Positions 34,068-45,900 of a DNA stretch of 64,000 nucleotides are shown here, one piece after another. How positions within the stretch are numbered: the stretch's first letter is position 1; the number at the start of each line of letters is the position of its first letter. Position numbers and translations under genes: made by a program. The notes under the pieces are model-generated. The model ran no database searches and was not told the DNA's origin. It worked only from the letters and a program-made list of their open reading frames with translations. Source of the DNA: Schizochytrium sp. TIO01 (Eukaryota; Protista; Bigyra: Labyrinthulomycetes). The stretch spans positions 6,616,761 to 6,680,760 of the forward strand of contig SMSO01000031.1 in assembly GCA_004764695.1 (NCBI GenBank), in the 5' to 3' direction.

Positions 34068-36200
34068 ATGGAGGCCTCGCGGGCCTCGCGGGCTTCGCGA
34101 GCCTCGCGGGTAGGTTCCGCTTCGAGGATGAGGGTCAAGGACCTCGATGCTTCGATGAGCGATTATTTATGCGATGAGCTCTGCGAAACATCCAACTTCA
34201 TTCATAATATTTATTCACAGGGCGAGGATCGGGCGGCGAAGCTCAAACAATCTTCAGCTATGCTTGTGCAAAGCGAACGAGATAGAGTAGTCCTAGCACA
34301 AGCTCTGAGAGCTCAGCGAAAGACTTCGGATATTCAGGCACATGAACTTGAACGACTACGCCGGGCAGTCACACAGCAGAACAAGGAGCTGACGCAACTT
34401 AAGACCAATATTGCCAGATCTCGTATTAAGTCCCTCGATGAGGAGTGCGAAGACCTTGCTAAGAGCGTTCGTGCCCATGAAGCTGCCCAAGAAGCCCTGC
34501 AAAGTGACTTAGAGCAAACTCGGTATCATCTACAAGCTCTAAAGTATGAAAATAAGGCCAAAAATACGAAGATTGAAACCCTTACGGAGAAACTATTGGA
34601 GCGAGACGCTGAAATAAAAGAGGTGAAGGAGAAACTTGCAAAAGAAGTAGACCAACGGGTTTCTCAACGACAACAATTAGCAGTACTGAAAGAACGTTTA
34701 GCAAACGTTGAAAAGGAATCACCACAGCAAATTATTATCGAGGCTTATGAAAGTAAGATTCATGGACTCGAAATGAAACTTAAAAAGGAACAACAGAAAT
34801 GGTTCATGGAGTCTCGAGAAATCATTGCAAAGCGCGAGGCAGAAATTGCAGAGCGTTATCAAAAGATTACTGACACTGCAATAGAAGCGTCTCGAAAGGC
34901 TTCTGTGCAGAATATGCAAAAACAAAGAAGCGAAAATCAAAAGCTTTACGAAGAGCTTGCACACTCGAGGTCAGATTTTATGCCTCTTCATGCTCATGAA
35001 AAAATTGTCGACAACTTAGAAAGAGAGCTTGATACGATGCGCAAGCGTCTAATAGAGGTTGAAGAAACCTTGCACACAGATGCACTCTATTCTCAGAAGC
35101 TAGACCGTAAGCTGCATGTGACGAACCAAGCATCTGAGCTGGCGCGGACACGCATGGAAAGAGAGTTATCTTCTCGTTCGGGCGCTATGGAGCTGTTTCA
35201 GTCTCGTTTGGACGACATGAGCGACGCTCTAGAGCGCGAGAAGCGCCGTGCGAATGATGTTGACAATATGCTTCGAAACACAAGAGAAAAGGTTACTGAG
35301 CAGCAAAAAGAAAATGCGTTATTATCAGCTTCTCTTGAATCCGCACAACGCGAACTCGAACACACCCGAGATGCATCTGAGTCAACTGAGAGAAAATGGA
35401 AACTGGTAGTAGATGATTATAAAGTGAAGATAGCCCGCCTAGAAAGCCGTCTGGAAACCAAAAGTCAAGATTTGGAAGAAGCTAAAGCTTTCCATTCCAC
35501 TTCGATGGACACCCTCAAAGGTGAGCTTGCTGCTACAACGCAGTCCTTGGCTTCGTTATCTGAAAAACATAAATCGCTTCAAGAGACCATGTTTGGCTTG
35601 GTCCCAGAATTCAAACATGTACGCGATAGCCAAAATGAGCAAAGCAAACAGCTAAAAGCTACTGCCGCCCGCACCATTGAACGTGCAAAAAGCATGGAAA
35701 ATGAGATACGTTCAAGATTACTTCAAGAACAACGCTTACGTAAGGATGTTGAAAAATGTCTGAAGCAACAGCAAAGCCAGACAGCTAGGTTGAAACATGA
35801 GTACAAGAAAGCTCTGAAGGCAGTGGGGGAGCTTCGCGTAGCCAAAGCTTGTGCAGAGAAAGAGTTGGCCAGGATTCAAAGTTTATTTCAAGAACGTATA
35901 AAGCTGGTAGAATCGAAAGTACAAAAACGAAGTGTTGGGCACATTGAAGAAAATGCCCAAGCATGCTACGAAGGTCAGTGTGTAGTTCTTCTGTATGATA
36001 AGGATGCAGAGCTAACACCGCGCAGCATCGGCACTTTTCAACAACGAAATCATTCGTTCGCAAGCCAGATTGGTATTGACGAGGAGCAAGAAACTAAAAC
36101 AGAAACAAGCATTGCAACTCCTCGAAGCCTAGGTCTTCAACCAAAAGCAGTTGGCCCATCTTCACCAGCTCCTTCTTCTGTGAGAGGCATTGTCTCCTAA
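34068..36200 (+). CDS. Long coiled-coil protein of unknown function (710 aa)
   Basis: Uninterrupted 2.1-kb ORF rich in E/K/Q/L/R with heptad character. N-terminal (ASR)4 repeat. Confidence 0.8.
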   Translation: MEASRASRASRASRVGSASRMRVKDLDASMSDYLCDELCETSNFIHNIYSQGEDRAAKLKQSSAMLVQSERDRVVLAQALRAQRKTSDIQAHELERLRRAVTQQNKELTQLKTNIARSRIKSLDEECEDLAKSVRAHEAAQEALQSDLEQTRYHLQALKYENKAKNTKIETLTEKLLERDAEIKEVKEKLAKEVDQRVSQRQQLAVLKERLANVEKESPQQIIIEAYESKIHGLEMKLKKEQQKWFMESREIIAKREAEIAERYQKITDTAIEASRKASVQNMQKQRSENQKLYEELAHSRSDFMPLHAHEKIVDNLERELDTMRKRLIEVEETLHTDALYSQKLDRKLHVTNQASELARTRMERELSSRSGAMELFQSRLDDMSDALEREKRRANDVDNMLRNTREKVTEQQKENALLSASLESAQRELEHTRDASESTERKWKLVVDDYKVKIARLESRLETKSQDLEEAKAFHSTSMDTLKGELAATTQSLASLSEKHKSLQETMFGLVPEFKHVRDSQNEQSKQLKATAARTIERAKSMENEIRSRLLQEQRLRKDVEKCLKQQQSQTARLKHEYKKALKAVGELRVAKACAEKELARIQSLFQERIKLVESKVQKRSVGHIEENAQACYEGQCVVLLYDKDAELTPRSIGTFQQRNHSFASQIGIDEEQETKTETSIATPRSLGLQPKAVGPSSPAPSSVRGIVS

Positions 36201-36971
36201 GCAGAGTCTATAAAATTTTGAACTATAGATAACATGTAACTTTATCATCATCGGGAAATCATTTTTGCACTTGTAGATACACAAGATGCCGCTCTCAACA
36301 TCATTAGTAAATAGGTAAAAGGAAACAACTAACCAACCAAATAAAATGATGATTCTAGCGTGGGGATTTTCTCCAGAGGTTTCTCTCTGGGAACCCCAGC
36401 ACTTGCCTCACTTGCAGAGCTAAGAGCAACCCAGCTTTACCTCCACATCAGCATATATCAGCATTATGGTCACCCACGAACTCAAATGATCAATTAAAAG
36501 TCCTTCAGGCCTAATTACCGATTAGGTGTCCTCCAGCCACATTTTTATTAATTTAATAAATAAATAATTATATATATAATTATAATCATAACTACTTAAG
36601 AATAAAAGCCTCTCTTCCTGAAACACTTGAGTAATCAATCAAATATGGCTTTTAAAGAAGTGCCTGAGTAACTCATTGCAATCACGTAAGGCGATTGTGA
36701 TCTATGAGCGAATTGGTTTGTAATGGAATTGTTGGTTCTACAGATTGTATTTTACCTCTTTTTTTTATAACTTTTTTTTAAAGCAAAAAAGAAAAGAAAT
36801 GAAAAGAAAGTGAGATTGATCACAATTCATTTTCTTTAATTTTCTCCATCCAAAATAGGTCTTCCCTTCGGTGGTCTCCAAAACCTGAACAAGGAGACAA
36901 AGACATCTCCATCTGCTCGATCTCTCATCCCCAAATAGAACCCTGGCGTGGGATCGAGGGTGGCTCGGGCC

Positions 36972-39900
36972 ATGGCCACATCTTCGGACCTCCTGCACAA
37001 CTTGCAGGCTGAAATCAGCCGGCATCGAGACCGTCACGATGGCCAAAGCCCCAACACGGCCCGCCGTGCCGCTTCTCCGAGCGAAGGAGCTTCCTCTTCG
37101 ACGAGCCCGAACAGAAGTAGAGCTCAGTCCCACGGAAGAGATAATACCGATGCTGATCGAAATATGCAAATCGACATCAGCGACAAGGATGCCAACTTCG
37201 GAAATGACACTAGGAATCAGAGCAAGAGCGATGGCACTGCCACTGTAAAAAGCAGCAGCAACGTCAGCACCGGTACCATTGCAATAAGTCCTGTGCACAG
37301 AAATGAATTTAACTCAAGACACTCAAGGCAGTCTACAAAATCGCCAGGAAATGGCACGGGCAAAGATCACGAAGATGCTACGGATGTCAAGTGCCGGGAC
37401 ATGTTGACGAGAGTGAAACATTTTCTGCAGTCACTCTGCAAACACTGCATCACTATCAGCTCATTGCAGGCGTTCTTGGAGCTACGACATGCCAGAAGCT
37501 CTTCGGCTGGATCTGGGGCGGGCCAAGACGCTGCTCATGATGTTCTACTAGAACCTGCTCTGGAGCTGATGCGAGTACTGCTTGATGGCAAGTTCTGCCC
37601 GCATGCAAGAGCAGTCTTTGACTATGGTGACATCAATGGTATCCTAACCCCCCTACTCAGCACTCTAGGCCTATTAATGGATCCACTTGTCACAAACTCA
37701 GGTTTGGAGCCTATGCTTTGGGGCAATGTACTTGGACTTACAACAGTACTTGTGGAAGGAAACTTAGAAGGTTTAATTATCCTTGTCGAGGACGTATACA
37801 CGATGCTTGAGTATCTAAATGCTGAGGAGGGAAACAACTTACCCTTAAATCTTAGCTGCTTCCAATCTCTATGTAAGAGTGCCGCGATTGCGAATGGAAC
37901 ACAGCTCGAAGTCCAGCTCGGCAAACGAGAGTCCATCTGGCATGTAAAAATTCAGACCTACCGTCTTGCAGGAAAACTTATTGCAAAATTTGGATCTGTG
38001 CTGGGGGCTCACCCTGCTTTTTCAAAAGTCACGGGAGAAATCCTTGATCTTCTTACTGAAGCAACATCTCCATCTCAGACTGCACCAGAACCAAGGCACA
38101 TTTCGGGACAAATTCGTATAGTTTCTTCTTTATGTATTGCTGCCGGCGACGCCTTAGAAGGCTTACGTGCTTGTGCTCCGACACTTTCCACTACGCTTCG
38201 CAAACAGCTTCTTGAACTTGGCCGCTCATGGGCATGGGAAAGGGTCATTACACGTCAAACATGGGCATCGTTGGCAAGTGCTTTAGAAAGGTTACCAACA
38301 AGCGTTTTTGACCGAGACGATGCCTCTCTTGCATCAGAGAGCTTGCGCACGCTATTGTGTCGGGATGACGGCGCTCTTTCATCCAGTCATGATCAAAGAG
38401 CTATGCGATCTGCAGTTCCCTTTCTATGTGCCTGTATACGGATCATTGAAAGTCAAAGTGTGCACGATGTGAACTTAATTCGTATTGTTGGTTGGTTTGC
38501 TAATGAGCAACTCTTACTCGACCAGTCTACTCATGGAAGTATCGCGCGATGCCTTGCTTTAGGTCTATCAGCAGTAGCTCGTCAAGAAGCACAGGCTCGT
38601 GGCGATACTGTTGTGAAAGTTTGTGAGGAATTGTTTGCTGTCACAACTGAAGAAAATAAACAGCCAAACCAAGCCACTCAGAACCCTCCATCAAGTGAGA
38701 GATATCTTGAAACAATCGCAAGAAATAAACGCAAGGCCTCATGTTTAAGTACTGACACCAGTGCGGTTTCCAACCTTTCCCCTTTTGTATCCCCGATTAC
38801 CTATGATGCTGTGGTAAATACAATGCAGTGGTTTATTGCTCATGCTTCACATCTTGAGCCTAGAAACTCAACAAACCAGTTACTTCAAGTGGCATGCACG
38901 TCAGTGGTTCTTCAAGCTTTGGTACAGTCAAACTTAGAATTAGACACTGGTCACACATGTTTTCGTCTCACGTTGCAACGTGTGTTTAAGTTGTTTGAGA
39001 TTTTGCGCCTGGGCCATGATGATCGTATCGCTCGATCATTTCTTATCCGAGCTGGTATCGACACAGGTTTAGCCCTTACGTATCAACTTCATATTATGCA
39101 AAGAAGCAACGAGATCGAAAAGGCTGAACACGACGCCCTTGTAAGCGCTGTTAGTGGTATTCAAAGTATTTTCGCACGCGAAGATTGGATGCGCGCTGAA
39201 ATTGAAGGAAGAGCAACTAATGTTTTGGGGTTTTCAGGAAATGAACAAAATAGCCAGGACAACATTTCAAGTCTCAAAGTACGCTTTCCAATAAATAGCC
39301 TCAGTGATGGCCTGTCGCGTTCTTTGGGTGATCGATTTATTATTCTCGCTGGATCTTTTCCATGCAATTGGTTTTTCGTCGACTTTTGTCATTCTTCGCA
39401 AATCTCGCTTGCACAGGATTTCTCGAAACGATGTACAGCAGTTTTTGGGGCTAGGATACTGAATTCCTCTGAACCAATCAGATTATTTACTATTGCACAG
39501 CTTCCTGATCTTATCCGAAACTTTTGTTTTCGAGAAGAAGATGTTGCAAATTATTGTGATCACCTCGCATCACTCATGGCTTCATCGCAAACTTCACAGA
39601 ACACTGATGCTACTCAGTATGATATACTTTCGCAAGCGACACTTGGGGGTCAATTCGCATCTAGCACGGCACTATCTCGAGCTTCTCTTCAAACACTCCG
39701 AGGCTTCTTAGTCAAACTAGGCATGTGGATGTCACAACCTTCTTCCGATATTGCTCTTGAGGCATGCACTGCAGCCATCACGGAAATTTGTCAACTACGC
39801 GTTGTGGATCCCATAGCTATTGAAACAAATCCAACTGCCTTCAAATGTCGATGCCACGCACTCAATCAGAACGAAAGGGCTCTCGGTGATGTTAGAGGTG

Positions 39901-42900
39901 GCATCCTTTTGTTCTATCCTTGGCTTCATAGCGTATTTTTTGAGGCGCTTCCAAACCAATCGATTAGTTCGAAGGCACGAGTTGCTATGCTTAAATGCTC
40001 GATCGACATTTTCAGGCGCGTGGTACATATGGCAGCATGGCAAGGATACGAAACTCCTCTGTTCATGGGTCGATTTCCTGACATGCTAATACGGATCCTT
40101 TGGCTTCTCGAGGATCCTGATCAGCATGTTCGCCAGGCTTTAGCAGAAAACATTTCTGTGTTTGTTGAAGGTTGTGGAGGTGGTATGCAGTTTTTAAATC
40201 GATCGTTCCAAAACACAGGGTCCACAGTGCTAGAAGAACGTTTTCGTGTCCCTGAGGACGCACTTGGGCGGTGTGATTTGCTTCGTGCGGCATTTGGATA
40301 CTCATCGATTCAAACTTATGACGTGAGTCATTTTATGCATATTCTCCGCCAGGAATATTCACCTCTTCAAACCAATAACGTAAGTCAATTCATGCGCATT
40401 CTTCGCCGGCTTATTAGTGATACTCAGCGAGCACAAACATTACAGCTACAACAAGGTATTCTTGATCTCCGGGATCGATTGCCAATCACTCATACGCTGC
40501 TTGTTGGTATCGGGACGATAGGTTGCACAGCGGATCCCACATACTCCGTAGAGAACGTTGAAATTGGCGCAAATCTCCTAAGCTGGGCGCTTCTCATGCT
40601 CACTCAGCAATACGCTATGGCTCTTGCCTGGTCAAATGAAATGATGCGTCAAATGGGTGAGAAGGGAAAAAGAAACTTCTCTGACGAGGATAGCAGGAAC
40701 TGCGAAATTATTTTATCCATGCAGCAGAACGCAGCGGTCAAAATGAGAGAGATCATTATGGAACAGTTCAAGCGAATTGCTGCTTCCCATGGCTTCATGC
40801 AAACAGCTGTGCGCCAACCTGGTCAGGATGGAGCTAAGCAATCTGGCGTTGCCATTCGACGTTTGTTCGCATCAATGCGCAAGACCCTCTACCCACAACT
40901 TTTCATCATGTTACTCTCGGAACCGATGGTTTCTAAGGCGCCGGAGGCTTTAGAAGACTTGCTTTTTGAGGTTTTTGAATACTCCATAGAAAGCACCTCA
41001 AGTATGGTGAATGATTTTACCCAATCCAGTATTTACTCTCCTGAGATACATGAAACATATCGATTCGAGTATGGCGAAGATGCAAGTAGCTTTGGAGTCT
41101 CTGGATCAAACGAAACCGAAGCACGTGCTTATTTCCTCAGTCTTTTTGTGAAGGAATGTCTTCCTGACGTGCTTCCGGAGCAATTGCAACCGAAAATGAA
41201 TATTGATGTCCTTTACGAAATTGCTCGTAGATTATATCGCGAGCCAGATGCGAAACGCGAAGTCATTGTAAAACGTCTTTTAATTGACCATTATCATGCA
41301 TGGATAGTTGACCTTACGCAGCTTCTAGCTCAAGACTCACGTGAAGACTATGGCTCCGCTGATAATTCAAAAAAGGGTTACACAGCGTGGCGTCAAATTC
41401 TGGAGTTTGGCTCATTTTCTTTATTGGATATCTTTAAGCTGAGTCGGAAGACGATTTTACGCCAGATTGTCTTCCGTCTCGTGGACAAATCTGGAAAGCC
41501 AGATGACCTCGTAGAAAGTACATTGGGTCTTCTTGCAGAATATGCGCACCGAGAGACCGAAACTAAATTACCATTACGCGAGAAGGCTCATCATGAAGAT
41601 GACAAGTCTGCCCCCTCAAGCGGTGTTGATGCAGAGTTGCTACCAATGAAAGCAAATACGTCAGAGGATTTGACTATGGCCCTGGTGCGCCAAGAGTTCA
41701 TGTATCTAATGAGTGTCTTATCAGAAAGGATTGGGGAAAGATGGCGATCAAGCTCACAACGTTGCCATGCACTGCGTTGCGCAGCAGTCTTGCTGCGCAA
41801 GCTTGGGCAAAATGAAATTGATCCATTTCTCATCAAGGTCTTGCCTACGGCAAAAGCTGCATTGCAGGACCAAGATCCTGAAATTCAATTACTTGCCTGT
41901 GACCTCATGCACGAGCTTGTTAATCTGCTGAGTGATGATGCTCTTCGGGATAATTTAAGTATTGTTGTCGTGTCTTTACTCCCGTGCTTACAAGCTCAGG
42001 AGGATAGCGAACACGAAGCTGAGGCTGTTGTAGACGATAGTTTACATAATAAAGTAGAAGAGCGTGCTGTGGAGACTATCCACCTCCTCGTTGTGCAAAA
42101 GCGCCGTTGCCTACATAAGGTGTTTGCAGATATCGATGAGCTTGTGCCTCGGCGTTACCCAGCGTTAGTGGAGGTACGTAAAGTGCTGGAGGAAGAAAGA
42201 GGGCGTGCGACGCTATTAGATCGTATGCGGCAGCTAATGAAGCTAATTCAGCATGAATCTGTCAATGTTCGACTTTTAGCATTGAGCGAGCTGCGCATTG
42301 TCATTGCGGAGAACGTATCAAATTTACACAAGGTTTTACTTGATAAGTCGATTGTTCCATGGTCGGAGGCCCATGCAGAGGATGAACTCGAGCTTGACTC
42401 AAACGAAAATGACCGTAAAGGCGCTGTTACACAATTGTTGTCAGAATTGATCGGAACTCTACTTCGTTTGAGCCGATCGCGCGCTGCAGGTGGAGCGCAT
42501 GCTAATGATCGGGCCACAAGACGTGCCACAAGGGATCTTCAACTTGCTTGTGGCAATTGTCTTGGGGAACTGGGCGCAATTGATCCCTCCAGGCTCGATC
42601 TTGAAATAGTTCAAAGCGCTTTGTCCCGTGGCCGTGAGGTTCTTGTATCGAGAGATCGTGGACAGGGCGCTTTCTCTTTGGATATGGGAAACGAGGAACT
42701 CGCTGTTTACCTCATCCAAGTTTATCTTGTTGACGCTCTGAGAGCTGCACCTGATCCCAATTCGCATATGCAAGTTGGCATGGCTATTCAGCAACTTCTT
42801 CGATATTTCAACAAGAAAGGCTACGAATTGGGTGAGGCAGATAGTGCTTCATCACAGCTAGGTAGTGAAGCTTCAAAGCAGACAATTACAGGACTGCTGG

Positions 42901-45900
42901 GCGCCCCCAAAATGGAAATTGTGAAACCTTTCTGGGACACAAACTATACTTTTGTTGAGCAAAGTATAATGGATGTTAAGCCTCGCGGACGTGGTGGAAA
43001 GTGCTTTTTTGGTCCCGAGGTAACTTTTGAGACGTCTGTCGGTGATTGGTTTGCGTATCTTACTAAGCATACCAAAGGGGATCAATCTATCGTATTTAAT
43101 GCATTGCTTGTGCTGTGCACGTACCCAGGAGCAACAGATCTTTTACTTTTTGTTTTGCCTTATGTGGTTCAAAACGTCTTACATCATGCTCATGATTCTA
43201 CGTCATATCCAGAAGATTATCAGAGCATTTACACACAAGTTCGTCTAGAAATTATGGAGGTCTTTCGCGATACCTGGCGCGGAGAAAGTTGTCCCGGTGA
43301 TGACAATGCTGAAGCAGATGCCAAATGGCTATCCGGTACGGTTGATGCAGACGGGCACAGTAATTTTGATGAGAATTCCGCGCAGCATTCTGCACTTCCA
43401 AGTTCTCAAGTCTCAAGTAACTCGCAGAGCAGTTCCTCTCGGGCGCAGGCGCATAGAGATGTTTCTGCGCGAATTCGAAGAAACGCGCATGTGATGTTTT
43501 CGCTATTAGATACGCTTGCAAGCTGGGGAAAATCTATGAATATTCATCTTGCCGCATCTCGTGCGCGAAATACGGTGGAATCTGGAACGTCGACGCGAAC
43601 GAGTACCTCATCCAAGTCTCATGCAGAATATCAAGGCGATTTCACAGTTAAGAAATCTATTAAAAACCTTTTACGGTGTATTCCATTGCGCTGTCTTGCT
43701 GAAGCTGCGTATCGTTGTGGCGCAGCTGCGCGGGCCTTACGTTATATGGAGTCCTATATGCGACGGACGCACGCTTATGAAGAAAGAGGTGGTGGGGTGG
43801 CACCTGGTGCATGGTTAGTCACGCGCAGGCCGGTGCAATTTGAAAGAGACGAAATCACTTTCTTACATCGTATATATGCTGCGTTGGATCAGGATCCAGA
43901 TGGCTTACTGAGTGTTATTGCAATTCGCTCGCGCCATGATGGTGGTCCAGGCACAGGATATGTCCTTGGTCGCACGAATCATACTGTGTCATCGTGGCCT
44001 GTGAGCGCGTCGCCGACAGAGGCTACTCGCCGTAAACGAAATCAAACTCGCGGCAATCAACTTTTCAATAATCCTGAATTGCAGGCCCCTGATGGTATTC
44101 ATGTTGGTGATGGTGGACAACCTTCCCTACTAGAGCGTGTTCTCGAGCTGGAGTTTTCAGGAAGGTGGGATGAAGCTGTGGGCTGCTATGACCGTATGCT
44201 TGAAGGTCTTCGTGGAGCACTTAAGGTTGATACTGACACTACTAGAATGGAGATATCAGGTTCTCTTCCAAAGAGTAAACGCGCCCGCACTACTGAATCA
44301 ACTTCTCACCTTTCAAGCCCTGCCGATGTACAAGTCGCTGCGCGGCGGATGCAATTGCAACAAGGTCGTCTGAGCTGTCTTCGACGCCTCAATCACCTTG
44401 GCCTTCTCATATCAATTGGCGACATTCACCGTGTCACCCAAGACGAATCAAGCGTTGTGGCGCGTCCATTTTGCAAAGAAGCGTTGTGGCGCCTGTCGCG
44501 CTGGGCTGACCTGAAGGAGGTCCTCAATCAAGATAGTGGAAGTGGTGATGATAAAAAGAAGGGTATGCCAGATGAAGACTTGGAAGTCATGCTTCTCAAT
44601 TCGGGTCCTGGGAACATGGGAAGCGCGTATACTGATGCACTAGCACGTGCCATGAGTGCGCTCGCAGAGTCATCCAATTCACAGGGTCTGGAAGGAGACG
44701 AACATGTATCTCAGCGTGAATTTATAAAGCAAGTTGATCGCGCAAAGTTACAAATTATGGACTTTCTTTCTGCAGTAAGTACGGAGTCCTACAATCGCGC
44801 ATATCCTTTGCTCTTGCGTCTACAAGCTCTGACTGAACTATCAGCGGGATGGGATATTGTACACTTAGCTAAGCGCCATCGCCATCGGGTGGTCATTGGT
44901 GCGGCAGCAAAAGTCAATGATCTATCTTTGATGAAAGAAGACGATGAGGCTGGTTTTACTCATGATGTTTCTGATGTTAATGGGGAAGGTAAGGAGGTGA
45001 AGGGTCATTCTTTAGGTGTAGTGACGTCCGGTATAGGGATGTCAGCATTTGATTTAGCTGCTTCACGCGCACAGATCCGTAGAAAGCTATCTGAGCGAGG
45101 ATGGGATGATCGTTTCAAAATCACATCTCCATCGGTTGAAATGCGTAGAGAACTTTTCGAGGTGAGGCGGGTTGTGTTTGAGCTCTCAGGATTACGTGCT
45201 GAGGAAATGCACGGTTGGCTCTCTCTAGCAAAGGTGACTCGCCTTGCAGACGATCATCAGGGGTGTCACGATGCCATTCAACGTGTACAAGAATGTGCAC
45301 GGGAGCTACTCGTTGCAGAACGTCGAAACTTAATGCAGCCACAATCCACAGACACGAAGCAAGCATCGATCTTCGAAAGTAGTAAAGAAGAAGCTGAGGT
45401 AGCTCAGCTGAAGGCCAAGCTGCAGCTTGCAATGATGCATTTGCAGTCAAACACATCTTCATTTCTGAGTATGTTGCAAAACGGCAATTCAGGGTTGAAA
45501 GGAGGCTCGGCATTTCATCGAGCCTTGATGGTTCTCGAGCCAGTACAAGAGTCTCTCGATGAGCTGAGACGGGCCCCACCCCCAGCGCCGAGCAAGTTAA
45601 GCAAAACGCGAGCTAAAGCCCTCCTTATGGCGACTAACCTAATGGTGGAGTCTGGGCAAGGTATGGGCGAGCTTGTTGTCAATCGCTACAAAGCTGTCTT
45701 GATGCAGCGCCCTGGATGGCAGCAAGGCCACTACTATCTTGCTCGTTTCTTCGACTATCTTTTGTTGAAATTAGAGCAAGAGGAAGACAATCTCGATAAG
45801 GGTCCACAAAGTGAGTCAACAGGTGGTGCAGGCTCTGCTCTAGCTTTATCGCATAACTCGGACTGGAAGTATCGGAGTCGTGACAGTCATGAACTATTAA